Source: Octopus vulgaris (taxonomy: Eukaryota). From it: a DNA stretch of 64,000 nt. The position numbers and the translations under genes were made by a program. The stretch spans positions 57,784,001 to 57,848,000 of the forward strand of contig OX597826.1 in the NCBI GenBank assembly GCA_951406725.2, given 5' to 3'. Below are positions 26,995 through 41,244 of this stretch, in pieces. Positions within the stretch are counted from its first letter, which is position 1. Each line of letters opens with the position of its first letter. Below the pieces are notes generated by a model. It saw only the letters and a program-made list of their open reading frames with translations. It had not been told where the DNA came from and did no database searches.

Positions 26995-27590
26995 TTACAA
27001 TAGTTAAGAAGTTCACCATAGCAACCAATTTTCCCTCAAATAATATCCCACCATCTTATAAAAGAAAAAGACTTGGTACAAAAGATAAGGTAATCCTAGA
27101 TACACAGACTGAATGCAATATGAGATGATCATGGTTAGAATGCATTTTGATAACAAGTCTGCTTGATTAGGATTAACCCAGGATTAACCAACCATAACTT
27201 AGTCTATAAAAAATCCAAGTTAGATTAGGTTAGTTGTTATTGCTTACAGACAGATTTATGATTAAAGGTATTCCTGCCATGATCATTTATCTGTTTGTCT
27301 GTTTTGGAGTATCTTAGATTACACTTCATTTTTACTGACCGAAGGTAAATTCAAGGTAGATTTAGTTGTTATTTCTAAAGGATCAAACGACTGCAAAGAG
27401 GCTCCCTCATTAGCTCTAATTAATTTAGTCTAGTCTGGTGGTTTTTCTCATAGGTCATGGCATCTTTCTAGAGTTATCCAAGACTACATGTCTAATGTAT
27501 CCTTTTCACTGGCAGTAAGGTGTCATTTGAGTAAGATTAGGCTGCTATTTCTAACAAGTTGAATGACTGCACCAAGGCTTTCCCTTTCAC
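26995..27590. repeat. Cluster of decayed copies of an unclassified interspersed repeat in both orientations
   Basis: Motifs ccaattttccctcaaat...aatcctagatacac...ttttgataacaagtctgc (~27023-27190) and their reverse complement (27230-27420, 27470-27590). Related remnants at 1-60, 8140-8195, 19870-20050, 31270-31470, 52350-52500 and 62530-62710. Confidence 0.55.
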
Positions 27591-28139
27591 TCAAATCAAG
27601 TTGTCTTAATTTAACAGCTGTTCTTACTCTAAGTTTATCCAACTTGAGTCCGCATCCTCTTTATAATCTTGTTAAATGAAGTTCTAAAATCACAAAAAAA
27701 GTATTCTCTTTAATTCTGATAAAATTACTGCACATTCCAGTATTCCACTATACAGATTTGTCCAAAAACCATTATTTTAATTTTACTGGCAAATTCACAG
27801 GTGATTGATATATGCTATGAGAATAAGGTTACTAAGAATATGTGACTCCATAAATTGAAAGTAAATGCATGTATTGAATAGATAAGTTATAAAATTTGCA
27901 AGGCTTTGTTCAACAGTTCAAATTCTGACTTGAGTATGGCGAAAAAAACTTAGTCACTTGCATGATACCTCAATTAATTACTAATGAACACATCATTACA
28001 ACATCCATTTTACTTAGAGACAAATCCAATAAACAATGAGTAATAAGTTACTAAGTTAGTTGCTGTTCAACCATGGGTTAACCTCAAGCAGTTCTATGAA
28101 ACAGCCTTTGTATTAAATCCCTACAGAGACTAAGCATAA

Positions 28140-28560
28140 CTGATCTCTCTCTCTATCCGCTCAGTCGAAGTCGACACTCGGTCAGTTCTATCCTGGGCTG
28201 TTTCCTTCAGACTAGCCTTGTCCAGTCCGGTATCACTCCTGATGGTGTCAAGCCAGTGGGTTCTTGGTCGGCCTCTTCCTCTCTTGCCGCTGACCATTCC
28301 GAGCATGATGTCCTTCTCCAGGGATTCTCTCAGCATAATATGACCGAAATATGCCAATCTACGCTTGGTGATCCCAGCTTCTAGCGACATTTTAGGCCTT
28401 ATCTGCTTAAGAACTTCTCCATTGGTGAGCCTCGCTGTCCATGGAATCCACAAAAGCCTTCTCCAACACCAAAGCTTGAATGCATTAATTCTCTTCTGGT
28501 CAGCTTTCTTTAGTGTCTAGGTCTCGCATCCATATAACTGATAGTGACCACCAATTACAA
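28140..28560 (-). mobile_element. RTE/BovB-like LINE 3' fragment
   Basis: Translates YGCET*TLKKADQKRINAFKLWCWRRLLWIPWTAR...RRLAYFGHIM...LEKDIMLGMVSGKRGRGRPRTHWLD, a diagnostic RTE ORF2 C-terminus. 5'-truncated. Confidence 0.92.
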
Positions 28561-29769
28561 ACTTTTCCCTGTCTAGCTAATATCAACACTGTGTATTCCC
28601 ATTCCCATCATTTGAGAAATAATCTGTGTAGATACCATTTGAGCAACATTGCCTTTGAACAGTTTAAGAACCAAGCCATTCTGCTCAGCAATTGTTGCTT
28701 GGGTAAAACTAAATTTACCAGTGCTTCTAAAGTTAATGAAAGCTGCATTGATCAATGGTTAATTACAGCATTAATGAGTGCCCCAGACAAAAGATGTTCC
28801 AATGAAACATAAGAAATCTAATATGCTGGAGATTGGTTTATCTAGTTTATAATATTGTCCTAACTATTTAATACTTGATTTACATACCTGATGCTTTTCT
28901 CCTCACACTTGTGATATATAACAGATTTTCTACTGCCATATCTGTATACTCTCAATAAAAAAAATTAAAGAATAAAAACTTTTGTAGCATTTACAAAGCT
29001 ACTGAGATGATATACTCTAGCATTCTTTAGTACTAAAACCAAGACTCTAGCTTGTGAAACTGCTGCTTCTAAATCTAGTGTCTTATTCTTGAGTAATCTC
29101 TGTCTTATTTCTTTAATATTATCTCAAGAATGAATTAAAAAAAAACCCATAATTGAATTTTTGTATATAGTTCTGATAATGCTACCAAAAGTTACATGCT
29201 TATGCCAACAGTTTCAAGGCTTAAAGTAATTGATCCAAGCATTCATTTGGTGGTTGTTTGCAAGTACTGAGCTGCTGTCTAGCAAAAATCTTATTCACGA
29301 GTTTAAAATGTACATGCCCTTTAGGTAATTTGTCATGTTTTCATAATTTTTACAATCAGTGATGAATTAGAATACTTTGGAGATAAAGAATTTATGAGAA
29401 CGTACAGTCTATCAGTATCAAGAATGCTTACAAGAATATTTTCCAACATATGTAATTAGTGTTTGAATTCTGAAATGGCAGATGGAAGTCTTTCAGAACA
29501 CAGAATCTTGTTTGTATTGGAGTTATTGAATAAACTGATGTAAGAAGTAATAATACTATAAGGTCTTTATACTAAAGACTGTTCAACAACAAATAAGATA
29601 GCTTTACTTGCAGCTTAATTTAGAAAATGAAATGTCCATATTATGAAATATTAATTGCTAAAGGGTGTTGTATCGCAATATTATTAAACCAAAGTTACTG
29701 AAAATGCACACTGCCATAATTTGAAAGTCAATTTGAACATTGAACAATGGAATATAAAAGTAACACACA

Positions 29770-30160
29770 CGAGTGGCTGTGTGGTAAGTAGCTTGCTAAC
29801 CAACCACATGGTTCCGGGTTCAGTCCCACTGCATGGCATCTTGGGCAAGTGTCTTCTACTATAGCCCCGGGCCGACCAATGCCTTGTGAGTGGATTTGGT
29901 AGACGGAAACTGAAAGAAGCCTGTCGTATATATGTATATATATGTATGTATGTATGTTTCTGTGTCTGTGTTTGTCCCCCTAGCATTGCTTGACAACTGA
30001 TGCTGGTGTGTTTACGTCCCCGTCACTTAGCGATTCAGCAAAAAGAGACCGATAGAATAAGTACTGGGCTTACAAAGAATAAATCCCGGGGTCGATTTGG
30101 TCGACTAAAGGCGGTGCTCCAGCATGGCCGCAGTCAAATGACTGAAACAAGTAAAAAAGA
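29770..30160 (+). mobile_element. tRNA-derived SINE (family A)
   Basis: gagtggctgtgtggtaagtagcttgc (A-box-like), ggttccgggttcagtccc (B-box-like), cttgggcaagtgtctt core, A-rich tail. Confidence 0.92.
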
Positions 30161-30388
30161 AAAAGAAAGAATATCCTTATGCATGTACATATATAAAATG
30201 CTCATTTGTTTCTTGGAGTATTCATGTATTTACTATTATGTTCACATTTACATTCAGTATATACACGTAGTTAGGTGTATGAAAATGACTAGTTAGTTGG
30301 AGAATTGCTAGTTTGTTGATGGAATAGCAGTTTGTGGAGCAGTTGTTGGTATAACACTTTCTCTTGAAATATTGGTTTCAAATTTTGG

Positions 30389-30757
30389 CACAAGATCAGC
30401 AATTCTGGGTGGGGGTAGGGGAGTAAGACAATTACATCAGCCCCAAAAGAATGGATTGCAAAGTTGACCTCAGCAGAATTTGAACTCAGAATGTACAGAC
30501 AGACAAACAGACAAAATGCCACTAAGCATTTTGCCTGGAAAGTTAATGATTCTACCTGTTCACCACCCTAGTTTTCACAAGATCAGCAATTCTGGGTGGG
30601 GGAGTAAGTCAATTACATCAGCCCCAAAAGAATGGATTGCAAAGCTGACCTCAGCTGAATTTGAACTCAGAATGTACTGACAGACAGACAGACAAAATAC
30701 CACTATGCATTTTGCCTGGAAAGTTAATGATTCTACCTGTTCGCCACCCTAGTTTTC
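30389..30757. repeat. Tandem duplication (~187-bp period) of a decayed minus-strand family B SINE piece
   Basis: cacaagatcagcaattctgggtggggg...gattctacctgttc.ccaccctagtttt at 30389 and again at 30576. Confidence 0.9.
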
Positions 30758-31627
30758 ATTGAAATATTAAAAAGAGAAAAAAAATCTCTTCCTGAACGGC
30801 TGATACTCATGGAGAAGTGATGGGAATGATTCCTGGAACTAAGGTCCTAAGGGCTGAGATAGTTATTAGATGCTACAAGCCTCTCCCCATCTTCTTGAAC
30901 TCTTTCCCTGTGTACCCCACACCAACCATTTTCATCGGTAGGTAACTGAGAAAAGAAGAGTAGTGACAATAATTCTGTGTATGTGCATGCACAAATTACC
31001 TGTCTCTCATCCTCTAGTCATCCTCTGTGTGTCTCCCCTACCTGATCCTGCACTAAATAATTTACCTAGTCTTTTCTGTACAGCACAGTAACCTTTAGAA
31101 TAATCTTGCCCTCCCACACTTTACCTGCAAACACTGACCTATAAATGTTTAAGTTGAACATTAACCACATCAATCTGAGTGTGCATGAATTCCTCCTCCT
31201 CTGATTAACATATAATAGACACATGCACAAATAATAGTTGTTTGCATCAATTTGTATGAATTTTTTTCCACCTGTTGTTGTTTAACCCTCGGTTAACCTT
31301 CACTGAACATACTTATGATCAAAAGCACTCCAACAAGGAATATCCTGCCGTTTCATTATCCATTATCTACGGTGACCTTCACGTCTCAGTAGAACAAGAC
31401 TTGGATGGAATAATTTGAGGAAGATTTAGTTGCTAATTGCATTAAGATATGTGACTACATAGAGACCTGGCTTTAGATTGCAGGTGTATGCAGAGATGCC
31501 TCCATCTCACCCTTTTTTTTTATACACTTATTTTCTCTCTCTTCATGCACACTAACAGTTTCTTTTTACATTTCACTTGTCTCATGAGAGAATTGATTTT
31601 TTTCCTGTCTTATTTTTATTATTATTA

Positions 31628-31663
31628 TTAATAATAATAATTATAACAATGATAATAATGATG

Positions 31664-31736
<73 letters not shown>
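31628..31736. repeat. (AAT)n microsatellite
   Basis: Direct inspection. Confidence 0.95.
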
Positions 31737-31737
<1 letters not shown>

Positions 31738-33445
31738 TGTTATTTTCTAACAACCAATGTTTGGTTGATGACCTACACAACACGCTATAATGATATATAG
31801 TGAGAGGAAAAAAAGAGTGTTGAGAAAGTTTCAGATGGCAAAAAGCCAACAAGTAATCATTTAGCTTGTTTTTTTTTTTTCTCCTCTTCATCTTCGTATT
31901 CTTAAATTTTCCCTTAGAATTTATTAATTGATTATGCACCCTGCAATCATTCTCTTTCTTACCATGCAGTTTGTCCATTATCTCTTCTTTTGACAATTGT
32001 CCAAATTTGCAAAATTCATCCATTCAATAAAAATTATTTATCCAAGATAATCTAAACTATTTTTCCCTTTTCTGTTTTTTTTTTTCGATATATTTTCTTA
32101 TTCATTTTTGTTAAACTGTTATCTTTACTAGTTCTAAATTAGACTGACAAGTTTTATCACATTCTTAAATCTAAGATTCATAGCGCTTTTGACCTTATGC
32201 AGCAAACAATTTACTCTATGTGGTTTTAATTTAAAGAAAATTAATAGCTCATAATATAATAAGCAAATCAATTTCATTATTAATGTTTATAGACACACTC
32301 ACACACACACACACACACATACAAATACATTTTATTCTCTTTGTTTTGTTTAATTTACATATTTTTTGCGTTTTGTCTTAAGTGGTTTCATAATTTTTTT
32401 TTTATTGTGTATTAAGAAACTGTTTTGCATTCAAATTAACTATATAACATGGTTCATTAATTTTTCTTCTCTTATGAAAGACTGAAAATTAATTCAATCA
32501 GAGATCATTAGAGTACAATTATCTTTAGAAATAAAGCTCTAAATGAATTTTTTTCATACCAGACCATGACATTTATGATTTAGCTTCCCTCCCTTGTCTG
32601 CTGAAGTGTGTGTGTGTGTGGGGGGGGGGGGGGTCCGTGTGTGTGTGTGTGTGTGTGCGTGCATGTGTGTGTGGTGAATTAGCTATGTTATTTGAATGAT
32701 AAATATAGATAGAATGCCTTACAAAATTTGCTCAGGGTCTCTGTGCTCTGGGTTCAAATCCTGATGAGGTCAACTTTACCTTCCACTCTTTTGGGATCAA
32801 TAAATCAGTACCATTTCAGAATAGTGGATTATCAGGTTTGCTATAGCATTGACCTAAGATAACTCGCGGAATCTGTTTCAGCTGTTCACATTCTGAGTTG
32901 AAATCTCAAGCAGGGATTGAAACCCCACCATTGGACATACCATCATTCTCTACATGCTGGAAGAATCAAGATTCGACCATGACACACTGTAGCACTGATT
33001 TCTCTCTGCAATTTGAGAGTAATGATTGAACTTGTTACCCATTCTTCATAATAACGGAACTCACAAGTGAACAGTGCCAAGATTCAGAAACCTAGGATAT
33101 ATCTTTGACAATCAGGAAATACAATTGGCCCAATCCACATTCTTTTTCTTTGTCCATTTTCCTTCCTTATTCCTTTTTATCAAAGAATATATGCTCGAAA
33201 TGTCAAAGACTTTTCCAATTTTCCAGAGCATCAAACTCATACATGTTGTTAGTTGTTCCTTCACCTTTCTCTGGCTTGAGGGTTTTGTAACTTTGCACCA
33301 TATATTATATATATATACACACACACACATGCTCTCGTTTCTCATTTTGTTCACGTTTTTTATGTCCTGTACCCATATACGCATGTACATATACATATGT
33401 ATATAGGTATGTACATATATGTATGTATATATGCATATATATATA

Positions 33446-33632
33446 TCATCATCATCATCATTTAGCGTCTGTTTTCCATGCTAGCATGGGTTGGACAGTT
33501 CAACTGGGGTCTGTGAAGCTGGAAGGCTTCATCAGGCCCAGTCAGATCTGGCAGTGTTTCTACGGCTGGATGCCCTTCCTAATGCCAACCACTCCGTGAG
33601 TGTAGTGGGTGCTTTTTACGTGCCACCCGCAC
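33446..33632 (-). mobile_element. Family C SINE fragment
   Basis: (cat)n-ttagcgtctgttttccatgctagcatgggttggacagttc...ctacggctggatgcccttcctaatgccaaccac...gctttttacgtgccacc. Confidence 0.85.
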
Positions 33633-33658
33633 AGGTAAAATATATATATTATTTATAT

Positions 33659-33731
<73 letters not shown>

Positions 33732-34921
33732 CACAGAAACACACATACACAAATGAATACACCATAGAATAGTGAGGACTTTTCACTCCCTACAATGCAA
33801 CATCACTAGTGTTTTTTCTTCACTACAATCAACATAGTACACTCTCTAGAGGTTTTGGAACTAGGAAAACCATCTAGCTTCGAAACGAAGCCAAAAATGA
33901 AATGTGTAACCTCTGAACAATTTAGGGAGGCAGTATATCCAAATAAGGTCTGACTTGGATGGTTACAACTCATGCTAGCATGAAGACACACAAGCATGGA
34001 AAGCAGACATAAAATAATGTTGACCATGATGATGATGATGATGATGATGATGATTCATGCCTTTGCCTGATGTAAATAATCTATATTTTACTTTGTTCTT
34101 AGCATTTCCTTCTTTCTTTTCATCTATTCTCGGCCTTACTTTTCTTCTGAAGAGCTTAAGCTTGAAACATCAAAGACATCTCTATTACTGTTTCACAAGC
34201 ACCAACTTAATATAACTTCTTCACTTCTTCCCTGTTTTTTTTCTTCTTCTTTTCCTTTGTTATCAGTTTTGTACCTACATGTAAAAGTACCAGTTGTATC
34301 TGGTTCTATGTTTGTATTGTTCATATAAAATGCTTGTAATATAACCCACATTTTCTTGCCATTTTATGGCAATTGGAGGATAATAACATTGCTGGCATCT
34401 GAGAATGTTATAATTGTTTTACATATTTTAATAAAGCAATTGCTTTCTTATCAACTGGAAGAGACAAATAGACAGATAGATGTACTCACATATATACAGA
34501 TGACTAGGTGTACATATATACAGATGGACAGAGCAACTAAATGAGAGTGTTACAGAGAATGCATTTTATAGTGTGAGCTTGAAGGACAATGTATGTGAAT
34601 AAGAAAGAGAGAGAATGGCAGAGAGGGTGAGTGATGATAAGTGTGATTGATGAAGTGCTTGAGTGACAAAATGCACATGTGACAAATCTCAGGAGTAAGA
34701 AATGAAAAGAAAGTAAGGGCAGAGACGACACAGTGTTGTGTGTTCTTATAAAATGCATAAATGTTCTGTAATCCAGCAGTTTTATTGCTGCCAAAGACAT
34801 GATATAGGAATGAAAGAAGGAGAAAAGGAGCTGAAAAGTTCGCTTTTTATCATCACCTGAATTACAGGGGGGAAAAGGGGATAACATTTTTACCTTACAG
34901 ATGGACAGAGGAGAGAAAAGG

Positions 34922-35112
<191 letters not shown>

Positions 35113-37777
35113 GTAGAGTAAAAGAACTATCTAGATCAAATTTCATAGTTTTACTTGTCCTTGAAAATATGAGACATTTATGGATATCCAACTCCTCTCT
35201 TTTTCTTTCTCTCCTCCCCCTCTCTCTTCAAAAGTCTAATATGGTTCCTTTAAAGACATAAATAAGACTTGATAAATATAGTGGTGATAGTAGCGGTGGT
35301 GGTTGTTGTTATGAAGCTAGTAGAGGTTGTGTTGGAGTAGAATAAGGAAACTAAATGAATACAGGGCAAGATATTAATATCAGATGACAAAAGTATAGAA
35401 ACAAAGAAATTAAAAATTAAATACAAAAATTAACCTGAAGAAAGAAAGAGATGAAAAAGTAAATGGCAATAAAGGCAGTAACATAAGTTTAGGAGCATAA
35501 GGAGAAATATAAATGGTAATGTGTAGATGACATAAAGTTAGTGATGAATAAGGTGAAATATAAGGGTAATATATATATATATATGGCTAAATGTAGTGTT
35601 GATAGATAAGGGGAATGGATGTAATTGGGGAGAGTTGTCATCAACGACAAGAAGGAATAGTGTGAGGAATAGAGAGATTAGTGGGATGAAGTGGAAGGAG
35701 AGAAAGGAGAGTGAGATAAGAATGTGAGACTGGAGGAGAGGAATAGGTACAAACACTTGAGAGGAGGAGTAGGGTTACAAGAATTGGTGGTGGGGGGTTC
35801 AGCTAGAGAGGCTGGAGGGGTGGAATAAAGTGGATAGGCTGGAGGGGAGGGGCATAATCGACAGGATGGTGGGGGAAGGGTAGAGTAGATAGAATGTCGA
35901 GGAAAGAGTAGGGTAGAGGGACTAGTAGGAGGAGCAGTGTAAAAAGGCTCAGGAGGAATAGTGTAGAAAGACTTGTGGGAGGAGCAGAATAGAAACTGGT
36001 GGGAATGAGCTGGGTAGAGGAACCAGAAGGAGGGGCAGAACAGTTAGTAAGACTGCCAAGAGAAACAGGGTAGAAAGACTGGGGGTGGAGCAAAGTTGAA
36101 AGAACAGAGAGAAGTAAGGTTGGAAGATTGGAGTGGATGATTGAAAGACTGGGGGAAGTAGGGTAGAAAAACTGGTGGAATAAGTGGGGTGGAAAGACTA
36201 GGAGAGTAGTGTAGAGAGACAAGAGCAAAGAAATGACCGGTAAGAGGAACAGGAAAGATTGGAGTTACTAGTGAGGGTGTGTGAAAGTTTTAAAGGTGGG
36301 AAGAAAGAGAAGGAGGTAGAGGGATGTTAAACGAAGCTAGAGATGGTAGGATAGAATTTTAGTATGCTTAATTATGAACATTATTTTCTAAATGTGTGTA
36401 TGCATGCATGTGCATGTGCATGCATGTGTGAAAACATTCAGACGAAAGTATAATAAACTTTTCTAAAGCACCTCTTAGTCTGGAGGAGTAATTATTCAAG
36501 AAAACGTTTTAACAGAGAGGAAATATCAATGAGGAATTTTGCATTGGATGTATTCTGCCTTTTTATCTTTCGAAACCAAAACAAAATCATTTTGGGAAAT
36601 AAAAATGTATTACAATAGCAAATGTAGCAACTTCATTAAAACAAGTTTTCATGATGGTTTGCAGACTAATTTCTTCCCTAATTAGTTTCTCTTTTAACAA
36701 GGAAGTGTAACAGAAAATAAACAGTGGATGTTAGAGAGAAAGATTACAAAATTAAATTATCCAGATGAAAATTTCATGGGTTATGGGGTTTTACTTATCC
36801 TTATTCTATGGAATACTTTATATCATATGTGGCATAATGTTAGTGGGTACCAAGATACTTTCTCAATAAACAATATATGCAATCCTATTTTGAATTGCAG
36901 TTTAAGAAAAGGAAAGAAAAAGCACTTCTACATCTCTAATGCTCTTAGAGAAGTAGTTTGATCATCTAATCCCATTTTTGTCCTCCTGCTTAATAAATCT
37001 GAGGTGTCATATAGAGAACAATTGCATTAATGGTCTGAAATATTGATGTTTATGGCTTTCAGTCAAACATTCTAGCTTTCTACAACAATGCTGAATTATT
37101 TTTACTCTGATGTTAGTAGCTTCTGATAATCAGATTCAGTGTAAGATTGACTTCCAGTGTCCCCTATAGTTTTATAATAAACTAGAAATAGGAAAATAAA
37201 TGTATTTTAAGTCCTAAAGGAACCCTGAAAGTCAGTGTTTACCTTTGATTTCCTAGCATGAAGTGAATAAAATATAGATTTGCCCCTTAGCCTCTGGATA
37301 AGGTATCAGTCTATAAAAGGTAACATTACCTGATTATACTGTACTTATTCCTGAATAAATATATCCAACACCACAAAAATAAAAAGGAAAATAATAAAAA
37401 AAAAACAACATTGAATTCGAATACATTTTCATCATCACTGTTTGGATTGGAGGATGAAGATAATTTCATAAATAGTGAATAAATATTTTACTTGACAAAA
37501 GAAAAGTGACTCTTCTTGTAACTGATTCCAACTTGTTGATCATTTTAAAAATATAAAATTTTGGTGTAGTTGAAGCTAGCTTAATATGTAAAATTATAAA
37601 AAACAAATTTTTAAAGAAAATAAAAAAGTGAAGTTCAACTACAGTTGTAATTCAAATTTATTTATAAACTCGTTAATTCTATTCCAACTACATGATGGAT
37701 ATATAAAAAAAAGACTAAAAATAACATTTGGTTTTTGATAAAGTCACTGACTACCATTAATTTCACACATACACAAA

Positions 37778-37812
<35 letters not shown>

Positions 37813-38572
37813 CACAGAGGTACATTTATATATTAATTTATTTTATTTATTTGTTTGAATTAACCATTATCAAAATGAAGCAAACATAAAAAAAATGAAA
37901 ATGCCGTTAGGTATTTCCTCTATCAACAAGTCAAACCCATATAACAAACCTAACTTTAGAAAATATCACTAATTAAACTAGAAAACATTTAATGAAGTCA
38001 GAGGGGAAAAAAAAGAAGAGCCAAACAAAAACAGTGGTTTGTGTGAGATGGAGGTAAGAGAAATAAGGTTTAAAAACAAAATCACCTCAAATAACAAGTA
38101 CCACAAATTATTCTAAAAGCAAGATGATGATGATGACAACAACAACCACAACAACAGCAACAGTAATAATAATAATGATAATAATAATAATTGTGGTACA
38201 AAGAGCTTATTAAATAAGTGAATAGATTTTGAGTGTAAATAAGTAAATAGCTTTTGAGTGAAATTAGGACTCCATTTCAAAAATGTTATATACATGTATG
38301 TGATTATTGATGGTTATTATACATATATTAAGCTAAGTCTTTTGAACCAATGGGGGAAAAAAAAAAAAAAAAGAAAATTACAGAAAATGCCACTCCTTTC
38401 TAGCAGATTTTTATTTATAGGATGCTTGAAGCAAAAATATAAAATATAAAATATAAAAAATAATAAAGAGCAGGTTGGTGAGATGGTAAACCAAACATGT
38501 TTAGTGTATATCTGTAGCTTAGCATAAACACCACCATTACAAAAATGTTTTCAAAACCTACAAACATGACTG

Positions 38573-38633
<61 letters not shown>

Positions 38634-39418
38634 TTTTTGGTATCAGTCCAGAATGTGGTATGTGGAGATGATGAAGAGAGTATACCAATGAAAACAAGAG
38701 TAAATATAAAATTGAAGAAAGAAGAGAATGAGGATACTTGAAGTTGACCAAGTACAAATATTTCGTTATTTTATACTAAAACGAAAAGGAAAGAAAAAAC
38801 CCCTTATTTATTGAAAATATCAGAAATGAAGACGTAAACAATATGACAATGATTATGAGAGGAAATGATTCACGAGGATTTCGATATTTGGCCACTGATT
38901 GGTGAAACAAAATGATACAGTAGTTTCTAACAAGCTAATATATTGAAGAATAAGAACCTTATGAAGGTAATAAGAAGTAAAATGTTATTATGATGATGGT
39001 GTCATGGTGGTGGTGGTGGTGGTGGTGGTGGTGGTGAGTGGAATCAGATATATTTGATTCAGACAAGGGTTTCAGAAAGACACTCTCTTGTCAAGAAAAG
39101 GGGAAATGAGTAATGTAACCAAACTTGAAGAAACACCAGGATGCGTTCATGAAATATGTTGTTTAAACGAACATTTGGAGCATCCGGCACTAACCCTCTT
39201 GAACCTTGTGATCAAACAATGCCGTGTTGACTACGCTACAAACAAACAAGACATTATTGAAGAAAAAGGGACCAAACTGACAATATTATGAGTCACTGTA
39301 CCAATTTCTATAGGGTCCAATGCTTTCGAGGGAACTAGGTATGGCAGAGATAGTGGCAACTAATTGAAAAAGCCTGTTTTGACAATGGTTGTTAGATGAT
39401 GGATTTTGTGGCTGAATT

Positions 39419-39471
<53 letters not shown>

Positions 39472-39618
39472 TAGACAGACAAAGAGAAGAGGTAGACAGA
39501 CTGAAAGGAGTTGTTCATAAGTAGTTTGGTAAACCAATAGTTGCATTCAGTAAACTTAATTTCCCTTAAGCATCACTACTGGCAGATTTTAATGAAGCCA
39601 AGTAGCCTAGTAATTATA

Positions 39619-39673
<55 letters not shown>

Positions 39674-39845
39674 CATCTTATTTCTTTCCTTGTGTATGTA
39701 TGTGTGTGTATATATATATATATATATATGATAGATATTTACACAGATAACAGATACATAGATAGACAGATATGTAGATATGTATGTGCAGAGAGATGAA
39801 GTCAGACAGCAGGAGAAAGAAAGAGGGAAAGATATGAACAGATGA

Positions 39846-39886
<41 letters not shown>

Positions 39887-39981
39887 CGTGTGCGTGCGTG
39901 TGTGTTAGAAACAGTCAATGATTCATTTGCTACTCAGAGTTTCCTCATCATGTGCAGTCATTCAGGCAGCAAAGGAGAGAT

Positions 39982-40051
<70 letters not shown>

Positions 40052-40325
40052 AAGAGGTGATGAAATTTAGATAGGGAATTTAGATAGAAATTAGATAGAT
40101 GAAATTTAGATAGAAAAGATAGAAACCAGAGAATGAGAATTTGAAGAGAGAGGAGAGAAAGGACAGAAGTGGAAGAAGGAGATAGGAGAGAAAGAAGGTG
40201 GGAAGAGAGAGAAACTTAAGGAGAGGGAATTGCTGACTGATGAGAAAAGTAGTGGGGGTTTTAAAGCGAGAAGAGAATAACGGAACCTTTCCATGTTTCA
40301 TTACCACTTCCCTTCGTTTATTTCA

Positions 40326-40369
<44 letters not shown>

Positions 40370-40598
40370 ATTTCCAGAACTATACAGACACGCATGTACT
40401 GACAACAACACATATACATACACACACACACACAAACTTCATTTCCTGAGTTGTTCATTAACAACAAAAGATTTGGTTCCATCCCACACTACCATTCACT
40501 TATTCAGCAAACAGCGCCCTAACACCACACCACTCCACACCACTCCACACTGCACTCATATATATGCATACACTGTCCAGGCTTGCATTCTAGCTCAC

Positions 40599-40744
40599 AT
40601 CAGTTAGATCCCCAGATCTTAGCAATTGCAAACATTTCCCTAGCAGTGAAGTGATGGCTGTGGCGACTAGAAACCAAGTCTTCTGCTGGACCCTAATTAC
40701 TAGAGAAATGCAAAATGTACAGCAAATCCAATCGTATTTGCCAC

Positions 40745-40792
<48 letters not shown>

Positions 40793-40814
40793 TCTCATTC
40801 TTGTAAGCATCCAT
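40599..40814 (-). CDS. Candidate first coding exon of an unidentified large minus-strand gene (poly-Asn followed by a hydrophobic, Cys-containing segment)
   Basis: ATG at 40814, open frame MDAYKNEM(N)nDNDSGKYDWICCTFCISLVIRVQQKTWFLVATAITSLLGKCLQLLRSGDLTD, ending at phase-0 donor GAT|GTGAGC. Lies near the CpG-rich/CpG-poor boundary, with a GC box at ~41294. No homolog recognised. Confidence 0.35.
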
Positions 40815-40881
40815 TTATGCTAAAGCGGATTGTCATGTACTTACTTCTTCATAACCTTTCAATGAGAGACGCGTAGCAATT

Positions 40882-40923
<42 letters not shown>

Positions 40924-41099
40924 TTATTTATTTGTCTTTTTTTTTTTTTTTTTTTTTTTTTTTACATTAAATTAAGATTCTTGCTAAATCTCATGAGGTC
41001 ACCGCCTCTCTCTCTCTTTTTTTCAGGTTGAAGGGAAGTGTTGATCAGGAGAAGTTAATTGTTTAGCTAGCAAACACGAGACAAGTTCTTGACTAACAA

Positions 41100-41180
41100 A
41101 GACTCGCACCAGCCAAAGCGCTAACTGCAAACCAATTTATTATGATAATGAGGAGAATTTTTCCTGACACTGGTACATAA

Positions 41181-41244
<64 letters not shown>

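Noticed and set aside
34141-34180. Functional hammerhead
   Set aside because: Core and stem II are degenerate (ctgaagagcttaagcttgaaacatc). Kept only as a family remnant.
41005-41172. Plus-strand acceptor ctctctctttttttcag and a possible exon
   Set aside because: The tract is a (CT)n/T microsatellite, there is no convincing ORF, and the donor is weak.
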